A stretch of 64,000 nucleotides of DNA. Origin: Pseudomonadota bacterium (GTDB lineage: Bacteria; Pseudomonadota; Gammaproteobacteria; Pseudomonadales; Halieaceae). How positions within the stretch are numbered: the stretch's first letter is position 1; each line of letters opens with the position of its first letter. Below the pieces are notes generated by a model. It was not told the origin of the DNA and did not search any database. It saw nothing but the letters and a program-made list of their open reading frames with translations. Shown here in pieces: positions 55,841 through 64,000 of the stretch. The stretch is taken from positions 35,548 through 99,547 of the forward strand of contig JBCDJG010000008.1 in assembly GCA_038748065.1 (NCBI GenBank). Reading direction: 5' to 3'. The translations under genes and the position numbers were made by a program.

Positions 55841-57508
55841 TCACTCGCTGTCTCCTGCGTTGCCTAGACCCCAGCGCTTCTCCAGGTCGTAGCGCCAGGC
55901 GATGTCAGACATCATTCTGTTTTTTTGTTCCGCACTCCTGGGACTGGACAGAATGTTATCTCTGAGGACCGCCGTCTCATCGATGAACGCACGCATTCGT
56001 TCGGCCATGACGCTCGCGGGGCTGCCAAAGGGGCCATCGGGCGCCTTCAGCATAGACACCGACAGATACACGTTTACCTCCAGTTGATCCCACCCGGAGG
56101 ACGGAACGTCTGCAGGGCTGCCCGCCGGATACATGAGCGTCATCTCTCGAATCAGCCTATCCGCGCCCTTCTCCTGGCTGCTGGCGCTCCCCCAGTACGC
56201 GGCGTTCATCAAGCCAACCTGGCATTCGGCCCAGGCCATACTGTCCCTACCGCCACTGGGAAAGCGCCACAGATAGTCTGACAACTCTTCAAGGAAAGTC
56301 GATTCGGCCTCGCTGGCTGCGTCAAACAGCTCGGCCACTAGCTGCTGAGTGTTCTCAGTGAGGTCCACGCGATCCAGCGAGCGAGGGTCCGGCCTTTCTG
56401 TTCCTACGCAATAGGCATTAGCCTGTGCAGGCACGTAAGCCAGCTTCGAATAAACGACCGGATCGGTCAGGTCGAGCGCCCGGAGTAGGTCAATTCTGAC
56501 ATCCGCCACGTCAGAAGGATCAACCGAGGATTGAGGTTTGCCCAAGTCAAACCGTCCTTCGGGCCTGCCTTCAGGATAACGCGCCACGGCCGCCTCGAGT
56601 TCGCTCAAGTAGCGCGCTATCGCTGACGGTTCGTCCGCGGCCACCAGCAATTGCCACGCCTTGCGCACATCGGGTGGATCGTAAAGATAGCCAGCTCCCG
56701 GCGCTGCGGGCGCGATGAGGGGGCTCAGTTTTGTAGCGTTCCGCGCTTTTCGGCTTCGTTCAGACTCTGCAGCCTGCTCGCCCAACCATTCAAGGTTTGC
56801 CTGCGTCCAGGCACGCAGCAAGGCCAGTGCTGCTCGATCGAAGCCTGTTTCAAGAATACGGTTGCGCCGATTCATGGCAACGGTCCAAACCAGCTGGTTC
56901 AGGGCAATATCAAAGTTCCCAAAGTGGCCGTATTCCGACCAGGTACCGCCATGGCCTTCAAAGGCCTGTAATTCAACATCATCGTGCCGCTGATTCAACA
57001 ACCATCGAAGCCCAGCTCCCGCATACAGCAGGCCGGCGGTTTCCGCATCACCGTCTAGGATGGCATTCATCACCATCTGAGCATGCCGTCGACCACCAAT
57101 GCGAACACCCTCTGGCGGCATACCGAACATGATCGCCAGGTCACGCAATGTGTCAGGCTCGTTGACAATAGTGGCGGGGAAGTGGATGCCCAGGCTGACC
57201 GGCGGGGAAACCTCCCCTGAGGCCAGGTCATAGAACACCAGCTTGTACTCCTTGATGCCTCTCCCGGGTCGATCTGGCCACTGCTCTACGATAACTGTTG
57301 CAGAGGGGCCCAGTGGATAGTCTTTAAAAGTCTGCGGGTCGATTTGTTCCTGCAGCTGCTTGACCTGTTCTGGTCCCGCGTATGGCAGGCTCAACAAATC
57401 TGCAAAAACCGGCGTCACAATGAAAGAAAAAAAACTCGCTAGCGCCGCACATGGCCGGCGTCTGGCGGGTCGGTAGTCCATTGAAAAGAAGAGAATTTTC
57501 TTCGCCAT
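55841..57508 (-). CDS. Secreted 555-aa protein of unknown function
   Basis: The ATG at 57508 (MAKKILFF..) is preceded by GGGGGAAAG and followed by a signal-like segment ALASFFSFIVTPVFA. Its stop lies 7 nt before the start of the 1316-aa gene. The ORF track starts at 57592. Confidence 0.65.
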   Translation of the reverse strand: MAKKILFFSMDYRPARRRPCAALASFFSFIVTPVFADLLSLPYAGPEQVKQLQEQIDPQTFKDYPLGPSATVIVEQWPDRPGRGIKEYKLVFYDLASGEVSPPVSLGIHFPATIVNEPDTLRDLAIMFGMPPEGVRIGGRRHAQMVMNAILDGDAETAGLLYAGAGLRWLLNQRHDDVELQAFEGHGGTWSEYGHFGNFDIALNQLVWTVAMNRRNRILETGFDRAALALLRAWTQANLEWLGEQAAESERSRKARNATKLSPLIAPAAPGAGYLYDPPDVRKAWQLLVAADEPSAIARYLSELEAAVARYPEGRPEGRFDLGKPQSSVDPSDVADVRIDLLRALDLTDPVVYSKLAYVPAQANAYCVGTERPDPRSLDRVDLTENTQQLVAELFDAASEAESTFLEELSDYLWRFPSGGRDSMAWAECQVGLMNAAYWGSASSQEKGADRLIREMTLMYPAGSPADVPSSGWDQLEVNVYLSVSMLKAPDGPFGSPASVMAERMRAFIDETAVLRDNILSSPRSAEQKNRMMSDIAWRYDLEKRWGLGNAGDSE

Positions 57509-57695
57509 CTTTCCCCCAAATCCCCCTGATCTGAGTTGCCGCAAATGGACGCTGTGCAACCAATATAGGTCATGTTGGATACAGCTGCACACGTGCCGCT
57601 AACTGGCAAGCTTTCCCCCACAGACGCCGCATGCCGTTGGCAATCCCTGTATCATCCGGCAAGCTACCGCCTGATCGACCAACGGAGAACGCCGC

Positions 57696-58574
<879 letters not shown>

Positions 58575-58675
58575 AAGCCTCAGTTTCCAGCGCCTGACGA
58601 GAGCTAGCCTCGGAGACCCGCACCCGGAACACAGCCACCATAGACAGGCTGATTTCGCGGGGTTATAAAGATGCC

Positions 58676-59695
58676 ATGGATTCCTCGCTATCAGTTCCCG
58701 TTTTTCTCGAACCCGAGTCAACATCGGTGAGGCCGACAAGGCTGTCAATCGAACCCTGCACGCACTGCCAGCTGGCTTGCCCGGGTTGTCCGAATACGGA
58801 CCTTGGCCACCCGCCCGGCATGGGCTGGGGGCGTCTCAGATACGATGATTTCGCTGCCTTGCTCAACACGAACCCACAGTTGGACTACGTGAAGTTCGAT
58901 TGCTTCGGCGAGGCATTCCTCAACAAAGAACTCCCAGCCATGCTGGAATTGGGCGCCAAGCGAGGTATTCGGTTCAGGATCACCTCCGCCAACTTCAACT
59001 ATATCTCCGAGCAAACCATCAATGCCTTGGTATCTTGCCAGGTAGAGCGCATATCGGTCGCGATCGACGGCATCAGCCAGGCCAGCTATGGGGAGTACCG
59101 GCGCGGCGGCAATCTGGAGACGGTGCTGGAAAACATCCGCAAGCTCAATGCCGCGAAGCAGGCAGCAGGGAGCGAATTGCCGCATCTTGAGTGGCTATGG
59201 GTTGTATTCGGGCACAATCAGCACGAGATCGGTGAGGCCAGGCGCCTGGCTGAGGAGTTGGGCATGACCTTTCGCGCCAAGATGCAGTGGGACGAGAGCT
59301 ACTCACCTATCCGGGACCGAGAACAGCTGGAGCGAGAACTCGGCTGGATAGCCACGGATCGCAAAGAGCTTGCCAGCTCTACCGGACGCGACTACATGGC
59401 AGATGTCTGCCACCAGCTGTGGCTAGAGCCCAAAATCAACTGGGACGGCAAAGTACTCGGCTGCTGCTGGACCCAGGAGGGCTTTGAATCCAATGCCTTT
59501 GAGGAAGGCTACCTGGAAGCGGTTAATGGCGACAAGATCAGCTACGCTCGCGCCATGCTGCGCGGCGAAGCACCGCCCCGTGACGACATACCCTGTAGCC
59601 GCTGCCCACAGTACCTGGGTAGAGCGCGGTCGGGCACCTTCATCAGCACCGAGGAACTCGAGGCCGGACGAAAAAGTATCGGCGCACCTGGTTAG
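58676..59695 (+). CDS. Radical SAM enzyme with Cys-rich (SPASM/twitch-like) C-terminal region
   Basis: 339 aa with CxxxCxxC (CQLACPGC). The C-terminal cysteines are C..(16)..CC and CSRC. Confidence 0.8.
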   Translation: MDSSLSVPVFLEPESTSVRPTRLSIEPCTHCQLACPGCPNTDLGHPPGMGWGRLRYDDFAALLNTNPQLDYVKFDCFGEAFLNKELPAMLELGAKRGIRFRITSANFNYISEQTINALVSCQVERISVAIDGISQASYGEYRRGGNLETVLENIRKLNAAKQAAGSELPHLEWLWVVFGHNQHEIGEARRLAEELGMTFRAKMQWDESYSPIRDREQLERELGWIATDRKELASSTGRDYMADVCHQLWLEPKINWDGKVLGCCWTQEGFESNAFEEGYLEAVNGDKISYARAMLRGEAPPRDDIPCSRCPQYLGRARSGTFISTEELEAGRKSIGAPG

Positions 59696-59698
59696 CCC

Positions 59699-61222
59699 TC
59701 AATCCATTAGATACTTACGCGCCATGGCTCCGGGCGAGTCGCGCTTCTCAACGAGTCGATAGTTGCTGTCCAGGTAACGCAGAAATTCTGCCTCTGGCTC
59801 GAGGTGCGCTGACAGATACCAGAAACCGTTGGCCTTCTGTGCTGATAGAAAGCTCAGGAGGTCATCCACATCCTCTGTCTGGCCAGCGAGCTTTACCGCT
59901 TTGTTCGAAGAGTCGAAGGCCTTGAAGTAATAATCAAAGTACCTCGGGTTGTGGGCGTAAAAAACAATCGGCAATGGCGTTGCGGGTCCGTCTGTCTGAA
60001 GGACAAAGGCTGCAGTCTCGCGGAACTGTGTCTTTTTAATCGAGCTGTAATAGCCGCCGTCTGCGAGCAAGGCATGCGAGAAGGCAAGCAAGACGGCGAT
60101 CGGCCAAAGCGCCCCAAATACAGCAGGCTGCATCAGGCGCATGCCGCGCACGAGTATTAAGTAGCTGGGTGCGAGCAGAATAATAAGATTGCGCATGGTA
60201 ACCACCGGGTGCGACATCAGTGACTGCATGTAAGAGGCGATAAAGGGCGCGATTAGCCAAAGCAGGATGAGCAGATCCGGCTCGCTCAGCGCTTCTGGCC
60301 GCCATCCCGCCTTCGACCAACGGCGAACAAAGTGTCGGCAAAAATGAGTCAAAAACACAAGGTAGGGGACCAGGATCAACAGCATCTGCCAGCCCTGCAT
60401 CAGCGGGAATGCGAACTCGGCATAGCCCACTAGCATGCCCAGCAGGGTGGGTTCTTCTATCCAGCTGCTCGTGCGCGAAGTGAACTGGGAGACCATTGTC
60501 GGAATCCAGGGCAGGTATGCAGCGATAACCAGGAAACAGAGTAAGGACCACCTCGACAGGGCTCGAAGCCCATGGAAACACAGCGCCAAAAACGTGTAGC
60601 CCATCAGCAGCACGACCAACAGAAGGCCAAAATAGTGTAAATACGCCGTCGCCACAGCGGCGACGAGATACATTACCGCTGCAGTCTTTGACAGCGGACG
60701 GTTATGCTTCAATTCATCAAGCAACTGGACCCAGTAGTAAACCAGGGCGATCGAGCCCAGCAGCAGGAAAGCGTAAGGCCTTGCTTCCTGGCTGTAGTAA
60801 AGGGCAGGCCAGGAGAGGGCCATTAAGGCCGCGACAGCCAAACCCGTTGCCTTGTCATAGAGCCGACGGCCCAACAAGGCCGCAAAGAAGACCGCCAGCA
60901 CGCCCGCCAGAACAGATGGCGCACGTAAGGCCAGCTCAGAATCGCCAAAGCTTCGAATCTGCAGGTTCAGTAGAATGAAGTAGCCCGGAGGATGAACATC
61001 GCCACTGATTCTCCGGATCGCTTCGTCAATACCACCCACGTGGGTCCGCGCCCAACTCGAGAGCTCATCATTCCACAGCGATTCGGCGTCTAGCTCCCAA
61101 ATCCGTAAGACGGCAGAGAGCATCAAAATAGCGAATAAAACGCCGCTGAACGGTGAGAGCTGGGATCGAATGCGTGCTCCGACTGAGCTATAGCCTTCGT
61201 CGACAGGCTCAGGTGGGAGCAT
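59699..61222 (-). CDS. GT-C fold glycosyltransferase, family 39 / ArnT-PMT-like
   Basis: More than 10 TM helices and a first-loop acidic motif (ESLWNDELSSWA). I prefer the ATG at 61222 (MLPPEP); the ORF-track extension to 61405 would overlap the upstream gene by 197 nt. Confidence 0.75.
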   Translation of the reverse strand: MLPPEPVDEGYSSVGARIRSQLSPFSGVLFAILMLSAVLRIWELDAESLWNDELSSWARTHVGGIDEAIRRISGDVHPPGYFILLNLQIRSFGDSELALRAPSVLAGVLAVFFAALLGRRLYDKATGLAVAALMALSWPALYYSQEARPYAFLLLGSIALVYYWVQLLDELKHNRPLSKTAAVMYLVAAVATAYLHYFGLLLVVLLMGYTFLALCFHGLRALSRWSLLCFLVIAAYLPWIPTMVSQFTSRTSSWIEEPTLLGMLVGYAEFAFPLMQGWQMLLILVPYLVFLTHFCRHFVRRWSKAGWRPEALSEPDLLILLWLIAPFIASYMQSLMSHPVVTMRNLIILLAPSYLILVRGMRLMQPAVFGALWPIAVLLAFSHALLADGGYYSSIKKTQFRETAAFVLQTDGPATPLPIVFYAHNPRYFDYYFKAFDSSNKAVKLAGQTEDVDDLLSFLSAQKANGFWYLSAHLEPEAEFLRYLDSNYRLVEKRDSPGAMARKYLMD

Positions 61223-62234
61223 CAGCGCGAGTTTCCGCCGGGCGCTTCTCGTCCAGCCGGTCGGACAGTTCGGGGGGCAGAAGTAAGGGCTCTTCCTCCC
61301 GCCGCTGCCGAAAATAGTCCACAACGAAAGACCGCATCTCGGGTTTGTCTGTGGACCACTGCCAGCAGCCCTGTTTGTGCAAGGAAATATCTCGCACAGG
61401 GTCAAAGTCGAATTGGTGGAATCCGAGATAGCGGTGCGCGTACCGTTTGTTCATTACGCTACCGTGCGCCAGGTGGAAGGCGGTGCCGTCTATGAAACCT
61501 ACACGGCCTCCCACACGCCGGTAAAGCTCATCCCCCCACGCCAGATAGCTGCCCCACATCGAAGCGTCGAACTGGTAGGCCGCAAGAAAATCCTGTCCGC
61601 GGCCGTAAACGGCGGACAGAAAAGCCCTGTCGCCGGAGCCGAGAATCAGCCTGTCATAAAGGCCCAGGTCGGCGATAAGCTCCCGTCTCGCAGCCCAGGC
61701 AAAACCCGGAACCGAGCCATTCGCCTCGGAAACGCCGCACCCGGTAAATATGCGCTCTGCAATCACCGGGTCTTCGAGCACAGCGACTGCGGCGTGCAGG
61801 TGGCGATGGGTTTGCGAGCTTTCTGGCAGGATTTCGCAGAATTGATGAAAGGGCTGAATCAATCTGTAAGACTGCAGAGCTTCCCTGGCACGCGCAGCCC
61901 ACCCAGGTTCCTCAAAAACAATGTCACAGTCCAGCCAGGCAACGTAACGGCATTCGGCCCCAAGGGCAGCGAGGCCGATGTTCAGGAGCCTCTCCTTCTG
62001 CCACATGACATCGCCGCCGCGTACCTGAATAAGAATCTCCGCCGCGCCTTCGTCGAGCTGGAACGGGTCATCACCGAAGGCGAGTTCTACACAAACTAAG
62101 GGTACTTCCAGGCGCTCGCGGAAAATGCGGTAGTTGCTCAATCTGGACGGGTATCTCGCGGGATTGAACAGGCAGGTGACGGCCCAGAAATCAGAACAAT
62201 TGCGCTCCGACGCCCTGTAATTAACGACCCGCAC
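61209..62234 (-). CDS. Hypothetical GT-A-like glycosyltransferase (DxD motif)
   Basis: The GTG at 62234 is preceded by GGAGG with a 5-nt spacer. WLDCDIVF is a DxD-like motif. I do not recognise the family with confidence. Confidence 0.45.
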   Translation of the reverse strand: MRVVNYRASERNCSDFWAVTCLFNPARYPSRLSNYRIFRERLEVPLVCVELAFGDDPFQLDEGAAEILIQVRGGDVMWQKERLLNIGLAALGAECRYVAWLDCDIVFEEPGWAARAREALQSYRLIQPFHQFCEILPESSQTHRHLHAAVAVLEDPVIAERIFTGCGVSEANGSVPGFAWAARRELIADLGLYDRLILGSGDRAFLSAVYGRGQDFLAAYQFDASMWGSYLAWGDELYRRVGGRVGFIDGTAFHLAHGSVMNKRYAHRYLGFHQFDFDPVRDISLHKQGCWQWSTDKPEMRSFVVDYFRQRREEEPLLLPPELSDRLDEKRPAETRADAPT

Positions 62235-62354
62235 GGGCGCCTCCTTGCCTTCCAGAAATCCCAACGCGCGTTCACGTTAACACAAGAGAAATACACGACC
62301 CAAGCAGCCGCGAGCCAGGGACCAGGCGCTGCCAAGGTTGAGGGAAGATCGATT

Positions 62355-62376
62355 TATGGGACACTTATGTTCCATA
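62355..62376 (+). promoter_or_regulatory. Imperfect inverted repeat TATGGGACA-N4-TGTTCCATA in the AT-rich region upstream of the Rieske oxygenase gene (candidate operator)
   Basis: Read directly from the sequence. The arms match at 8 of 9 positions. It lies 54-75 nt upstream of the ATG at 62430. Confidence 0.3.
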
Positions 62377-62429
62377 TAATCGAAAGTGTGTTATGATACG
62401 TATGTGTTTCATATTTAGAGGCCACTGCC

Positions 62430-63545
62430 ATGAACCTGACTGAGAATCTCGCCCACATCGCACAGCAAAACGCCGGTAAGGCCGAAGCCCTTCCCTTTCA
62501 CTACTATCACGACCCCCGGATGCTGGAGGCAGAGCAACAGCACGTGTTCAGCGACGACTGGGTCTTCTGCTGCACGGAAGCTGATATACCGAGGGCGGGG
62601 GATTACCTCACGCTAACTATCGCCAATGAGCCCATCGCGGTGCTGCGCGGCCAGGATGGCTCGCTACGCGCGCTATCCAACGTCTGCCGCCACCGAGGTG
62701 CTGTATTGCTAACAGGCGCCGGCAACACCGATCGGCTGCGCTGCCCTTTCCACGCCTGGACCTACGCCGATGATGGGCAGCTAATGGCGATCCCCTTCGA
62801 TGTGGACAAGCGCGTCAGCAAGGAGGAACACTGCCTGCCCAGTTTCAACATAGAGAGCTGGCTGGGTCTTGTATTTGTTAGCCTAAATCCTGCAGCGCCA
62901 CCGCCGGCAGAGCGCTTTGGCGGCCTTGAGCAGTACTACGCGCGCTATCAGATCGAGACCTTCAGCCACGCCTCCCCGATCGAGGTACAACACTGGCAGG
63001 CTAACTGGAAAGTGGTGCTGGCCAACTTCGTTGAGGGTTACCACTTTTTCGCCGTCCATGAGAACAGCGTCGAACCAGCGGCGCCCACGCGGGACTGCTT
63101 CTACGTTGACGGCGGCAAAGACTGGTCTGTCACCGGCGGCAAACAGCTTGGCGATCCCGAATCGCTGGCGGACTGGCTATTAGGCAAGGCCGCAGAGTCA
63201 CAATTCCTGTCAATCTGCATGCCCCCCAACTTCGTCTGCAACCTGTACGAGGGCTACTTAACCTGGGCTCGGGTTCTGCCAGCTGGGCCGGATAGCTGTG
63301 AGGTTGTCACCGGCACAATAAGCGCTGTGGCCTTTGAGGAGAGTCGCGCGGAAAGAGCCATTTACGAAAAGATCTTCGACGAGGACCGCGCGATCTGCGA
63401 ACGCGTGCAACGGGGTGTCCGCAGCAGCCATTCTCGCGGCGGCGTGCTGGTGGACATGGAGCGCGCAGTAGTGGACTTCCACCAGTACTGGGCGCATCAG
63501 CTCAGTAAGCCAAAAGCATCTGGCAGGCTGCAGACAGGGCTATGA
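62430..63545 (+). CDS. Rieske [2Fe-2S] aromatic ring-hydroxylating oxygenase, alpha subunit
   Basis: 371 aa with the Rieske motif CRHRG..(18)..CPFHAW and a mononuclear iron region (EGYHFFAVHE). Confidence 0.9.
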   Translation: MNLTENLAHIAQQNAGKAEALPFHYYHDPRMLEAEQQHVFSDDWVFCCTEADIPRAGDYLTLTIANEPIAVLRGQDGSLRALSNVCRHRGAVLLTGAGNTDRLRCPFHAWTYADDGQLMAIPFDVDKRVSKEEHCLPSFNIESWLGLVFVSLNPAAPPPAERFGGLEQYYARYQIETFSHASPIEVQHWQANWKVVLANFVEGYHFFAVHENSVEPAAPTRDCFYVDGGKDWSVTGGKQLGDPESLADWLLGKAAESQFLSICMPPNFVCNLYEGYLTWARVLPAGPDSCEVVTGTISAVAFEESRAERAIYEKIFDEDRAICERVQRGVRSSHSRGGVLVDMERAVVDFHQYWAHQLSKPKASGRLQTGL

Positions 63546-63839
63546 CTAAAGCGCTATCTGAGCGGTCGAGTACCCCGCCATGACATCACCGCACACCGGA
63601 TAGATCACCTCCATGTGCGCGCCGTGGCTGGAGTAGGCGAGGAAATCCTCGGGAGAATCGAAGGTCGCATGCACCGCGATGCCCGCGTTGCCCTCCAGCA
63701 GCGAGAGGTCGAGCCCAGCACGGAAGTCGCGAATTTCCGCTATATGGTCGGGCAAGGTTTGAAAGGCGGCAAGGACCGCCGCTTTTTGCGCATCCGTTGT
63801 GCCTGCCTTGAAATCGATAAGGGTTACGTGCTGGATCAT
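63546..63839 (-). CDS. Dabb (stress-responsive A/B barrel) domain protein
   Basis: 97 aa. The MIQHVTLIDFKAGTT start is typical of Dabb proteins. Its stop abuts the Rieske stop with no gap. Confidence 0.85.
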   Translation of the reverse strand: MIQHVTLIDFKAGTTDAQKAAVLAAFQTLPDHIAEIRDFRAGLDLSLLEGNAGIAVHATFDSPEDFLAYSSHGAHMEVIYPVCGDVMAGYSTAQIAL

Positions 63840-64000
63840 GCGGCGTCCACCTTGTTCTTTTTCGTGGCCACTTCCGCTTCATGCTCGGCGATTGCCTGGT
63901 TGATACCACCCATGTAGGCATCCATAAAGCGATCTGCGTTACCGGAGGCCCACTCGATAGATGCCGTGCGATTGGCGTTACTGTGCTGAAATCGCGGCAT
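63836..64000 (-). CDS. 3' end of an unidentified gene running off the window
   Basis: The minus-strand frame is open from the window edge to a TGA that overlaps the Dabb ATG (ATGA). The translation ends ..INQAIAEHEAEVATKKNKVDAA. Confidence 0.35.
   Translation of the reverse strand: MPRFQHSNANRTASIEWASGNADRFMDAYMGGINQAIAEHEAEVATKKNKVDAA

Noticed and set aside
58671-58730. 19-codon ORF (MPWIPRYQFPFFSNPSQHR) starting 5 nt before the radical SAM start
   Set aside because: It is out of frame with the radical SAM gene and overlaps it, with no RBS and no recognisable leader-peptide logic. It is most likely chance.

Overview
High-GC (about 60% by eye) chromosomal segment, probably from a marine gammaproteobacterium; that assignment is inference from gene content. 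It carries about 47 tightly packed protein-coding genes. I found no rRNA, tRNA, CRISPR array, transposase, integrase or phage genes. Most of the window is accessory metabolism and envelope functions: a split biotin-dependent acyl-CoA carboxylase cluster, two TonB-dependent receptors, and a VOC / molybdopterin oxidoreductase / MFS / thiolase operon divergent from an aryl-AMP ligase and a serine hydrolase. It also holds two Ntn-hydrolase-type acylases, a PepSY-TM / DUF4920 pair, a PQQ dehydrogenase, N-carbamoylputrescine amidase, a radical SAM enzyme, a GT-C plus GT-A pair and a Rieske oxygenase. The most unusual region is a long minus-strand block at 44.4-57.5 kb. It encodes a secreted 555-aa protein of unknown function and a 1316-aa protein with a signal peptide, TM segments and a C-terminal domain carrying protein-kinase-like motifs. 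These are followed by an OmpA-family protein, then two glycine-rich beta-helix repeat proteins (1091 and 397 aa) that share a private C-terminal IPLG + helix + Arg-rich sorting-type tag, then an AraC regulator and a ceramidase-like membrane protein. Other notable points are a CYP51-like P450 + ferredoxin + sulfotransferase cluster with a divergent TetR, and a near-consensus Fur box in front of a Cys-rich 166-aa ORF that is translationally coupled to a 39-aa membrane micro-ORF. All family calls come from motif recognition by eye and need database confirmation.
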